A stretch of 64,000 bases of DNA, taken from positions 62,001 to 126,000 of the forward strand of contig NW_026863267.1 in assembly GCF_026571515.1 (NCBI RefSeq), given 5' to 3'. Positions 51,541-63,045 of the stretch are shown piece after piece. The stretch comes from Ruditapes philippinarum (Eukaryota). Position 1 is the stretch's first letter. Every line of letters starts with the position of its first letter. Both the position numbers and the translations under genes were made by a program. A model generated the notes under the pieces. That model saw nothing but the letters and a program-made list of their open reading frames with translations, was not told where the DNA came from and did not search any database.

Positions 51541-52129
51541 CGAAAATCATTAAAATAATTGTTGTAAAAATATGGAAATCTATTTATTATCAAGAAAAAT
51601 GATCTACTTTATTCTTTTTGAAATAGTTCATATAAAAACAAATACATTTTTTATATTACATATGAAATCGAAGTTAATTATCATGCTAAAAAAGGCCAGC
51701 ACATGTGATAATAATACAGGTTCTTGAAAAAAGTAGGTCTTACGCAAAGTTATATTGATGTCCTTGGCAATTTATGAATTTACAAGTGTTTCCTTTTTCA
51801 ATACATTTTTCATATCATTAAACATTTTTCTGTGCTATATACTAATTACAATTTAATCAATTATAAAATTGTAACTTATAGTGTTGTTCGGTCCACATAA
51901 TTTTCGTCCCAAGACGATTCGTTAATATAGCTGTATTTATATTTTAGTGATAGTAAAATACAATAATTGGAAAGAATAGCAAACAACATAATACATATCC
52001 ACATCGGTAGTCAAAATCAATTTGATATTTATTTCCTGGTAAATCGAAGAAATATTCCTGTATAATAAATCATACCAAATATAAGGCAGGAAACAGGAAG
52101 TTAAGCCTGGTAATTAATAATTAACTTAA

Positions 52130-53038
52130 CTAATAAAGATGTTTCATTCTAAATAACTAAGCTCTAGCTCTTTGGTTTTTTAAAAGATTTTTTTTGAAAG
52201 TTTTTACATAATGCATATAAGGAAAATCAATAAGCCCCTTGGGCAGGGCCAATTTTGACCCAAGGGATTTTATTTGAACAAACCTGGTAGACACCCATTA
52301 GAAGATTTTTCATGCTAAATATCTTAGCTCTAGATCTTTGGTTTTTTTAATGAAGATTTTTTAAAAAGTTTTTACTATATACATGTACATATAAGGAAAA
52401 TCAGCGACCCCTGGGACGGGGCCAATTTTGATCCCATGGCTTTTATTTGAACAAACTTGGTAGACACTCATTAGCTTTTAGTGTTTCTTGAAAGAAGATT
52501 TTTTTAAAGCTTTTACTATATACATATAAGGAAAATCAAAGACCCCCCAGGGCGGGGCCAATTTTGACCCCATGGTTTTTATTTGAACAATATTGGTAGA
52601 CGCCCATTGGAGGATGTTTCATGCTTAATATCTAAGCTCTCGCTCCTTGGTTTGTTTTTAAAGAAGAATTTTTAAGTTTTTACTATAATCAATGATCTTC
52701 CCAGGTGTTGTCATTTGACCCAAGGGCTTTTATTTAAACAAACTTGGTAGACATTTACTAGAAGATGTTTCATGCCAAATATCTAAGCTCAGCTCTTTTT
52801 CAAAAAAGTTTTTTCTTTCGGTTGCCATGGCAATCACAGGTCTGCATGAACAAATTCTTGAACACACATTTTAAAGGTGACCTCCAAAGGAACATTCCTG
52901 TGAAGTTTGATAAAATTGGCTTAATGGTTTATGAGTAGATGTCGTTTAAAGTAAAAGTTTACGGACGGACCACGAACGGCTGGGCGAATTGTGATCACAA
53001 ACGCACACCTTGTCACTTTGTGACAGGTGAGCTAAAAA
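52130..53038 (-). mobile_element. Pearl/Helentron-associated (HINE-like) element carrying ~4 tandem ~135-175-bp core repeats
   Basis: Terminus on the minus strand TTTTTAGCTCACCTGTCACAAAGTGACAAGGTG, then a GTCC-type microsatellite. Tandem units CATATAAGGAAAATCA...GGGCCAATTTTGACCC...TTTGAACAAAC.TGGTAGAC at about 52214, 52388, 52522 and 52690. Confidence 0.8.
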
Positions 53039-54409
53039 CAGGAAATGAATACATACAATTAAAATGATTTTGAAATAAACTTATAATAATAATGCTCTCA
53101 AAATGTAGGTCCGTACGCTATATAATCACTGCCCTTTTTAAGGTTTACATTGCTCGAATGACGTTGAGACCACTGTAATACACTTAATTCTACCGCATTT
53201 TGTGGGAACAGATCAGGGCTAGTTTAAAACCATTTATAATATTAAATTATATATTTTTAAAGAATTACAAATTTCATCCTTACTGAGAGCCCATTGATAA
53301 GTCCAGAAAAAAATGTGAAATTTTCGTTATAACTCTTGATTGCATGCGGGGATATAAATTACACAAGAAAGGGGAATAACTGAAACAGTTATAATGAGAA
53401 ATGGTTCATTAAGGTTTGCTTCCCTTTGTAAAGCCGTTTTCGTACAAAATTACTTTTATCTGGGACAAAAAATATTTTAGGTTCCAGCTTTTATCTATTA
53501 ATTTACAGGAACAATATATAAAAAAATATCTTGCTGCGCACATCGAATTTTCATCTCACATGTGTTGAAACTTTTTACGATGAAAGTAATCTCGCAACAG
53601 ATTATATGCGTGGTGAATATTTAAAACACATGTCATTTTACCACAACGGGTGGCCATCTAGCATAAGATAATAAGGGGTTGTGAAACACTGGACCAGGAG
53701 TAAGAAGAGTGAATTCTTGTATCATAATCCTAGATCTGGCATTCTTTTCTTGAGATTTAATCTAGAAGAAGGAAATGTTAAATAGTGATAACGGTAGAAT
53801 AAAAATAATAATAAAGCAAATAATATCAAATCTTCAACTTAAAATAACTTGGAATACATCGGCGATAAAGCCTATTAACGTTTTTTAGTGTTTCTATAAT
53901 AAGTCCTTGTTATTAAAAGTGCGGTCTTAAGTGGTTTACATGATTGTGGAGTAGATCAGATTAAGAAAAAAGACCAAGTTGTTTCGCGTTTGGATGTTAA
54001 AATATACTAAAAAGTACACATTTTATTGAAAAAGTTGGTATAAAGTTAAAACACAAACATGTATATAACTAGATTCATGCAGATCTACATCTATTAATTA
54101 TTAAAATATAACACTCGCTGACTAGATCCACATGTTACTTCCGTACTAGACTTACTTATCGCAGAGAATCTCTGTATATACAATGCTTGTTAATCTTGAT
54201 CAAATTAGTGCTATCAATGAATTTAGATAACGAGAGGTCCAACAAAACTTTTTTTTAAAATATTTGAAGGCGTAGATCTATGTGCTATGTATAGTTATAC
54301 AAAATAAATAAATATATAACGCGCCTTTAACACAAATATGATACAATTTTTCATCCAAAAACTTGGCTCTAACATATTTCTCGCGCTTTCACATATACAT
54401 GTATCAGAT

Positions 54410-54560
54410 TTCGTGCCACGCATGCAACTTGCTCGAGAACCAATCACATAACACGCGCCGAAATTTGCGCAGGCTATACAACTCATTTCCGTTTCCACGT
54501 TGACAATTTTTGATTGGTTTTTACAATCACGTGGACAAAATAGTGGCATTTGATTGGTTA
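54410..54560 (+). promoter_or_regulatory. Putative calumenin promoter: three CCAAT boxes and three CCACG cores; non-coding first exon probably ending at 54690 (aag|gtatga)
   Basis: CCAAT at 54440, ATTGG at 54513 and 54553; CCACG at 54416 and 54495, CGTGG at 54530. Acceptor ttttgcag|54841 lies just before the ATG. Confidence 0.5.
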
Positions 54561-54844
54561 AAAGTTGATCAGCGTCCGTATGAGGCATACACATAAAGTT
54601 GAACTAAAAAGTTACATCAGAAACATTTGTTGATTTCTTAGAATTCACACAACTTAAGAGTATTTCTGGAATAAAATCAATTGTGAAAAGGTATGATGAT
54701 AAGTTAAATTACATGACACCATTCAGATATTGATCAGAATCGCGAGCAAATCGTATGAAAAACACAGCTGTCAAAACTTTGATCTTAATCATTAAACGCT
54801 TATTGATAAAATTGAAGATTTATATGTGATTATTTTGCAGAAAA

Positions 54845-57800
54845 ATGAAGTTATACACAGCCAGTTTAGCACTTGCTTTGCTCTCTAGCAGCCTTTCATC
54901 AGCACTTCCTCCTAAAGAACACAAAGAACGTGTGCACGAACAGGTAAAGTTCTTACATTTGTTAAATTTAAAACTGAAAGAACTATTTAACAGTTTAAGA
55001 CTGAAATGGATAATGACAATACTCAGGATAACAAAACTTAATTGACATTTGTCAGTTTTATTTTTTATTAATGAGTTTGCTGAAAATTATTGCAGGTGAC
55101 ATGCTTCCCTAGGTCATTGTTTCAACAATATGTTTTTAATGCTATTTTATATCTCTTTAAAATTCAAATCTTTGACTTTGATATAACATTTGAAAGGTAT
55201 ACATTCAGTGTAAAAAATTAGGATTTGAATTGACTAGGCTGGACCAATAGATTGGAATATTCACTAGCCCAAAAGACATTTCACTAGCACGATTCATTTG
55301 TTCAAAACAGTTGTTTATATTGCCTCTGAAAATAGGAAGCCTGTTCGGGCTTGTTACTGTAAAAAGTTGGTAGCCCGAGGAGAAATTTTGTAGTCAGGGG
55401 CTATGGGACTACTGCTAATTTCAAACACTGTACATTCATGCACTCAAAAGCTTTGCGTGAAATAATAAAATGGAAGGTTAAACAATTACATGATTCAATG
55501 TTTACAGTTATATATAAAGAAACATAACATGATTAAAAAAAAAGTTGGAAAATGTATGTTCAAGATTTCGAAGAGATAGAACACTAGCTATTATCAAAAC
55601 TCTCTTCATCAAAAGTTTTACAATTTTCATAAAAAATTATTTCAAGAAGCTGATCATGAAAGAATCCTTTTGCTTTATTTAGAAATTAAGTGATCAAGAT
55701 CATGAGAAGGAAGGTGAGCACAACAACGACTATGACCATGATGCTTTTCTTGGTCAAAAAGAAGCCAGAGATTTTGATCAACTTACACCAGAAGAAAGCA
55801 AGGAAAAACTAGGGTGTGTATACCATAATAAAGTTAATATTTGAGCCGCGTTACGACAAAACCAACGTAATGGGTTTGCGACCAGCATGGATCCAGACCA
55901 GCCTGCGCATCCGCGAAGTCTGATCAGGATCCATGCTGTTCGCTTACAGACCCTATAACAAGTAAAGAAACTGAAAGCGAACAGCATGGATCCTGATCAG
56001 ACTGCGGGGATGTGCAGGCTGGTCTGGATCCATGCTGGTCGCAAATCCAATATGTTGGTTTTGTTGTGAAGCGGCTCATTTGATTTTAGCCAGATTCTTT
56101 GAGGATAAGAAGAGTAAATTATGTCATTGAAATTGTATGGATGATTTAAAGAAAATTCTCTTATACTTTGATTTTTGAATGGTGATGTACTTAGTCAGAT
56201 CACGGTCGAAGATAACCAAATCACATGACTCAGCGGAGACAGTTTTCGGTAAAGTTGGTCAGACTAAAGACCATTCTATTTGTAAGACCCTGATGGATGT
56301 AATTCACTAATTGTCACGGTTCGGAACTGTTCACTTAATAGGGGAGAAGATGTGTAAGCGGCCGGATAGCTCAGTCTGTAGAGTCAAGGAACGGTATTCT
56401 GAGGGTCCCGGGTTCGAGTCCCTGTCAGGCTGCATATTTTTTCTCACCCTGTGACACAATACTTTGATTTTGGTGCTTTGTGCCATTTTATATATACCTT
56501 GTTTTAAAATGATGTACACAATTACAACAAGATTAAATAAATGTGTGTAGTTTTGTTATTATTTAAAAATTCACAATGTATCTAAGTTAAATTCTTCACA
56601 AAGTATTTTCTTGGAATCCACAAGCGTTTGCAGTGCTGCCAAAGTGATTTTATATATATTGGTTAAATGAATTTCTTTACAGAATAATTGTGGACAAAAT
56701 AGACAGAAACCATGATGGTGTTGTAACTGAGGACGAGTTACAACATTGGATTCAGTATGTGCAGAAGAAATACGTCATCGAGGATACAGATAGAATGTGG
56801 AAAGAGCATAAACTGGATGATGCAGGCTTGAGCTGGGAATCGTACAGAAAAAATACTTATGGCTATGAATATGGTAAATCTTGATATCTTTTTCATTTTG
56901 TAATATCCATGGTGGTCTTTGTAATCTAAATAGATGCTTTTCACATACAAATTATTACCTCCCTTGGCTGTCATTTTAGGGGTTATTCCCTATAAGAATC
57001 TTACACCGGCTGCCGGTACAGACCGGAATATCTAGCTCGAGGGTAACTGTTTACAGCGGTAACGAGGCTCTGTCGAGTTTCCGCTAAACAGTTACCCGAG
57101 AGCTAGATATTCTCGTCTGTACCAACAGCTGGTGTTTGATTCTTTTTCTTGCATATAACATGTCAATTATTTTCGGAACAGAAATTATGAAAACTGATAT
57201 TCTCATTACGCACTTTTTTTTTATAGTAGTGTATGAACATAGAACTTCATTCATAACGAAAAATGACGTCATCCTAAGAACGCGATTCATTCATAAAAGG
57301 CGCGCGTCAATGACGTCATTTAAAGCACGCGACTTGTCTTACATGGGGGATGTAAGACAGAGTTTTCTAGCACCGGTGTAAACGGTTGATAATCCTGTCT
57401 GAGATGCAAGAAAATATATTCTTGCATATCAGACAGGATAATCTACTGTTAACACCGGTGCTAGAAAAAACGCCCCATGTAAGACAAGATTATTTAGTGT
57501 TTCTCATTTCTGAAAAAGAGCCCTTCTGATAGAAAAGTTGTTTTTTAAGAAAAATCTCCAGAACTCGTAAACCATACTGTAAACTTTGTTTAAATTTTGC
57601 ATACAGGTATCCTTTAAGGTATATAACTGACCTATGTTGTTAATTTTATAGTTCCTTATAGTGCCCGTTAGGGGGCTCATACCTTAAAATGATGTCATTG
57701 ACACATGCTTTTTATGAATGAATCACGTTCTAAGGATGATGTAATTTCTGTTCCGAAAAAAATTGACATGTAATATTCAAGAAAAAGAATCAAACACAGG

Positions 57801-60800
57801 CTGTCAGTATAGAAAGGAATATCTAGCTTTTTGGTAATTGTTAAGCAGAAACTAGGCATAGCCTCTTTACCACCATAAACAGTTGCCCTCAAGCTAGATA
57901 TTCCGGTCAGCAACAGCAGCCAGTGTAAGATTCTTATATATGCTAAAGATAAGATAAAAATCTCTCATAATTCTATCATCTTCAAATTCAATAAATGATT
58001 TACTTGTTATGTGAAATGAATGACTGATTTTGCAGTATTTATCACTACATTTTTACTGCATTAGTAAACCAGGAAGGGCTATTTTGACCACTGTTTGGTA
58101 ATTATAAATTACCATTTGCAATGTGTAAATTATTTTCTTTGTTCACTTGACAATATTTCACTTTTTAAATACATTTTCAAAATTTCATGAAAATTAGCAT
58201 AAATCTGGAGGCATGCCACTTTAAATCAAACAAAAACAGTAACACTAACATATTTCCAACATAAAAAGTAAAAATTATAGCCTTGATGATATCAATACAT
58301 TGTTATGCTGATGAACCATTTAGGCTTGCTTGATGCATTATGAATTTCACAACCTGTATGGCTACTAAATTATGAATAGTTTGAGCCGCATCACAACAAA
58401 ACCAACATAGTGCGTTTGCGACCAGCATGGATCCAAACCAGCCTGCGCATCCGCGCAGTCTGATCAGGATCCATGCTGTTCGCTATCAGTTTCTCAACTT
58501 GTAATAGGGTTGGTAAGCGAACAGCATGGATCTTGATCAGACTGCGCAAATGCACAGGCTGGTCTGGTTCCATGCTGGTCGTAAACCCATTATGTTGGTT
58601 TTGTTATGACACGGCTCAATTTTGTTTTATAGATCCTGAAGAGGCAGAGGATTTTAGTGAGATGGTAAACAGAGATACACGTAAATTTAAACAAGCCGAC
58701 GAGAATGGCGATGGGTATCTATCTAAAGAAGAATTTGCTTCCTTCTTACATCCTGAAGAACACGAGCATATGAAAGATATTGTTGTTTTAGTAAGTTGTT
58801 ATTTATTGATATGAAATAACCACCAGCTTGACTTAGTAGCACTAAATTCTTCTAAATTTGCAAAAAAAAATTTAAGAGAAAAAATTTTTAAGTTGTGAGT
58901 CTTGAAGGTTTATAAACTTTAAATCTGACTATTTAGAATCATAGGTTCATGTATGGCTTAAGCAGTTCATGCGATAATATGGATGTTTGATATTTTAAGT
59001 ATTTTGGGTGCGAGTTTCTTTCATAGATATTTACTTTTTGGTGTTTTAAGGTCAATTAAGGCTACTGTAGGTCAAAGTGGCTGAGGCTTATAATAGATTT
59101 TTCTTCTCATCCTGTAGTAGGGCCATGTTTGTTGTTTTGCCAAAGCACCTTAAATCAGCATGTAACAGTGTTACCAATAGATTCTCTCCATGATTAATGA
59201 TATTTTGGTTGGTTTTCCCAGTTTAACCAGGGTTATAAACAAACTTTAACAGTTACAACTTTGGTAATAAAAGGTTCAACAGGTTGAAATGTCTATCATC
59301 TTGAAGCTACATGTACAAGGCTAAGAGTTTGTTTGTACCTCTGGTGGATAAGCCTACATTTTCAGAGTTCCTGATAACATCTATATTCTTGTTTGAACTT
59401 TTCCCTGATGAATTTTGTAACAGATTTGCTCTGCTTTGCAATTGAAACTGTCCTTTCAAAGTAAAAAGGGATTTCATTCTCAAGATACAAAAATTGAGGT
59501 TCCATCAGTATAGAGCCTGGTCAGACTGCATGTTGGTAAAGGTATTCTTGTCAGTTTCTTTGAGAACTTATTTTGAATTATTTAGAAGAACTACCCATTT
59601 GTGCTTAATGCTCTTGTACTCTGTCCTGTTTTTGTTTTGTGTCCTACTGGGCTTTTTGCCGGTGGTCGTGTGTTGCTGGGTAGTGTTGCTGGGTAGTGTT
59701 GGGGGATGTGCTCATAAAATGCTGCCCTTTCTTGTAGATCTATGCTTTCATATTTTACTGCTTTAGATTTGAAAAAGGTTTTAAGAAGTTGAAGCAGTTG
59801 CCTTGCTTGTGGAAAGTATTAAACTGTACTTTTCTGTCTGCTCATTTAGACTGTACTGCACGGAATTCTCATTATCTTGATTGTGTCCAGTGGTATTGGC
59901 CGGTGATGTCAGCAAAATGATGTCATAGAATAATGTCAACATCATTGATTGACTTTGCGATATATTTTTGTGTCTAATATCTTTTGTTATAAAATTTGCA
60001 TGAATTTATTAGTTGTGTATATATTCTGGTACTATTTAACAAAACTGTTTGGAAAAAATTTCAATCCGTTTTTCAACCACAATGTCCACAGTCTAACATT
60101 GTTTTATGAATAGGCAGGACTAATAGGTTCTATATGTATAATATATATGAGAAAAAAAAAATGTTTTTAATACAAACATATAATTTTGTCATTTTCAGGA
60201 AACAATGGAAGATATAGATAAAGATAAAGATGGTAAAATCAGTTTAGATGAATATATAGGTATGTGAAACAAAGTATTCACCATTTTTTAATTACTTTAT
60301 CCCTGCTTATCCCACTTTAGGTCAGGTGGACAGATATTTATATTTGAGAAATGAAACTTTACAATTAGGTGAAGGTTACTAACAAAGACCCATAACTCTT
60401 GCATTTAAAGTTAAACTGAATTATCTCCCTTTTGTGAAGTAAGAAAAAAAGGTTTGTTAATACTTTGTAAACAGTGTTATCTTCTACCTTGCTGAGATTA
60501 TGTAAGGGCACTGTTTTTAGACAGCTTCCATTTGTATGCAGGACTCATTTCTTTTAATAATCAAAGTGTTTCGTATTTTTATGTAACATACTGTATAAGT
60601 GGATATTTATGCGTCACAAAAAATTTTGCGAATGTCTAAAAGTGCCATTATTGTAATTGTCCTATTCACTTGTTTAATACCTTAATTATTTATATAACTG
60701 TTTGCAACATACATTGACTAGGTTTGATAAAGGACCTGATTACACATTTCTTCGACATATTTTGAAATATTCTTTTGCTATATGAATAACCTATTGTGTT

Positions 60801-63045
60801 ATTAAGACATATATTGTTTCATTAAAACATTTCGGATTGAAAAGACCAAACTTATATAAACAAGCAATGAGAAAAAAATAATCTTAGTATCTGAACAGTC
60901 AAACTTATTCATCTAAGTTGCTGTATGAAAACTTGTTTTCAAATGATAGTTCTAAGAAAGTTTGCCTAAAAAGAAATAATTTTTGCATGCTCAAATATTT
61001 GAGAAAACATGATGTACTTTCAAATCGCAAAAATCACAAATATTTCCACGTCGCAAAATTATACAGTATTATAGAATTCTTGAGGCTATTCTGAATATTG
61101 AGGCTATTCTGAATATTGAGGCTATTCTGAATATTGAGGCTATTCTGAATATTGGGGCTATTCTGAATATTGAGTTTATTTTGAATAATTAATAGCTTAG
61201 AGTGATGAGACAACATTCACATTGTACATGTATAATGAAATGATATCCTCTTGGCTTACCACAGAACAGGAAATGATCATTTTAATATTGCTATGGTCAA
61301 GTTATGGTTGAGTACTTTTAAAAAAAGTGATCATCATTTTATGTAGAAATAAATTTTAGTGCTGTATGAATAAATCATAAAATTGACATATGCTTATACT
61401 TGTATACAAATTTTTAATGGTCTAACGGGCTATGGTATATTTTGTGGTGATGTCAAATCATTGTCTGCACTGTTTGTTATTCACTAAATACAATGTACTT
61501 ATATTGAAATTTTCCCTAGAAATGACCAGTGGTTTTTTCTACTGGTATATTGAATCATGGACAAGTCAGATAATTTAAATGTACAGGGCCAAAACACCCT
61601 TTTTGGGGAAGGGGCCTCAGCCTTTTTCTTGGGGAAAATATGCATTTTTGGCATACTTTGGGAAAAAGGGTCTCAAATTTAACACAAACATAAGTTATTC
61701 ATGATATTTACACTGATATTGGCCAGTATTGGACAAAGAATAAGAATTAAATTTAGTATGAAATCAGAGGAAGAATCTTTGCATGTAATGAGATAATTCT
61801 TCAAATTTGGAGGTTTAAAGGAGGAATTCCAAAATTTTGGAGTGAAAAATTCTGTATATTTTCAGTGTTTATTTGAAAATGTGTGAAATAACAAAGAGCT
61901 AGGTTCATTAATCACCAAAATTGGCCCCACCTCAGAAATTGATGAAAACCTCTCTAATAATAGTTTAAGATGTCTAATGGATAAAATTAACTTTGTTGAT
62001 CGTAAATACCTAACAATGACATCACGTCATCCTTTAATTAAGGCAATCAATCAATTTAGCGAGAAAAGTCAATGTCTGGAGCTATATTGTGAATTTTGAC
62101 ATCATTTTGAAAAGAATAAAAACCAACCCCAACAACTAGCCTGTGAGAATTTAATCCATTTATGAACAGAAAACAATTTTCTATTCCAACACCTGGATTT
62201 GTGGTTTTCTCAAAATTTTGAAGAAATAGTCTCTCATGATAAAATGTCTGAAATTAACAAATTGCATCTACAGCGGATATATATAATGAAGAAGATGATG
62301 ATGACGATGATGATGACGACGATGAAGAAGATAGTGATAAAGACGGGGTACCGGATTGGGTGGAGTCGGAGAAAGATCAATTTAAAAACTTCCGAGACAA
62401 AAACATGGACGGCTACCTCAATCTCGAGGAGGTCCGAGCTTGGGTCATACCAGAAGATTATGATAATAGTAAAGAAGAGACGAAACATTTATTCCGAGAA
62501 TCGGATGTGGATAGGGTTGGTTTTATTAAGCCTTGTCTATGTACAAATCATGTTTGCACCAAAATGGGCTTTTCTTCAGACACACTTTCATTCAAAATTG
62601 AAACAAAAATTAGTTAAATGTAAACATATCTGTTTTCATTTTTATTGCACTTTGGTTTTTAAGAATTTTTTAGAGTTGAAACATTATTTAAAATTTTCCA
62701 ACACTTTCAAAAATCAGATAAAATCAAAATTTACCATGAAATGAAAGTCCTTTCAAAAGACAGTCCATTTTGGTCAAATAATGAGTTTTAACAACCAGTT
62801 TCTTTGCAGTTGTAATAATATTTTATTGGTTTGTGTGCGCACTTTTAGGTGATATGTGGCCAAATAAAGACGAGGAAGAGCCTGAATGGGTAAAAGGAGA
62901 AAGAGAACAGTTCTCTAGTTATCGTGACACCAACGGCGACGGCTTCATGGACAAAGATGAAGTGAAAAACTGGATTATTCCACCAAATTATGATCATTCC
63001 GAGGCAGAGGCTAAACATTTAATCTATGAAACTGATGAAAATAAG
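54845..63045 (+). CDS. CALU: Calumenin/reticulocalbin (CREC family multi-EF-hand secretory-pathway protein), 3'-partial; exons 54845-54943, 55683-55813, 56683-56873, 58633-58790, 60199-60259, then 62274-62515 OR 62849-63045; last exon beyond the window
   Basis: Signal peptide, [28 protein letters not shown] loops [36 protein letters not shown] and [12 protein letters not shown], plus FLHPEE and [11 protein letters not shown]. Intron phases 0,2,1,0,1 are consistent. Confidence 0.93.
55842..56078. mobile_element. Palindromic MITE in a calumenin intron
   Basis: TGAGCCGC...GCGGCTCA with ~100-bp arms; second copy at 58382-58618. Confidence 0.85.
56312..56456 (+). mobile_element. 145-bp solo LTR containing a tRNA-like sequence (Helenus-type TRIM LTR)
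   Basis: taat|TGTCAC...GTGACA|caat. Internal 56358-56433 has A-box TAGCTCAGTCTGTAGAG, B-box GGTTCGAGTCC and acceptor-like pairing GCGGCC/GGCTGC. Confidence 0.7.
56991..57939. mobile_element. Two copies of one non-autonomous element joined tail-to-tail (foldback) in a calumenin intron
   Basis: TATAAGAATCTTACAC...ATGCAAGAA / TTCTTGCAT...GTGTAAGATTCTTATA; the right copy is interrupted at about 57490-57690. Confidence 0.75.
58382..58618. mobile_element. Palindromic MITE (same family as 55842-56078) ending 14 nt before a calumenin exon
   Basis: TGAGCCGC...ACGGCTCA followed by attttgttttatag|58633. Confidence 0.85.
60590..61068. mobile_element. MITE-like element with short TACTGTATAA / TTATACAGTA termini
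   Basis: Imperfect TIR TACTGTATAAGTGGATATTT...TTTTGCGA versus TCGCAAAA...AAATATTTCCAC...TTATACAGTA. Confidence 0.5.
61081..61172. repeat. 18-bp minisatellite (TGAGGCTATTCTGAATAT)x5
   Basis: Direct tandem units; accounts for the spurious LNIQNS ORF 61034-61216. Confidence 0.95.
62274..62515 (+). CDS. CALU: Calumenin alternative (acidic) exon 'a'
   Basis: ctacag|CG...AGG|gttggt, 242 nt, phase 1 to 0. Reads [81 protein letters not shown]. Confidence 0.8.
62849..63045 (+). CDS. CALU: Calumenin canonical exon 'b'
   Basis: ttttag|GT...AAG|gttcgt, 197 nt, phase 1 to 0. Reads [66 protein letters not shown]. Confidence 0.9.

Larger units (their letters stand above)
47055..51690 (-). repeat. Right arm of the inverted segmental duplication (partner about 33585-37765)
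   Basis: See left arm. Carries arm-specific elements at 49303-49862 and 51228-51540. Confidence 0.9.

Noticed and set aside
56358-56433. Functional tRNA gene
   Set aside because: D-loop GG is mutated and the anticodon stem pairs poorly; it is embedded in an LTR-like unit.
55778-58630. Repeated ORFs with '[10 protein letters not shown]...WSGSMLV'
   Set aside because: Translations of the palindromic MITE family, not coding.
61081-61172. CRISPR-like or coding repeat
   Set aside because: Head-to-tail 18-mers with no spacers in a eukaryotic intron: a minisatellite.
62199-62744. 181-aa ORF rich in Met/Lys/Thr
   Set aside because: Off-frame reading of the poly-Asp calumenin exon.
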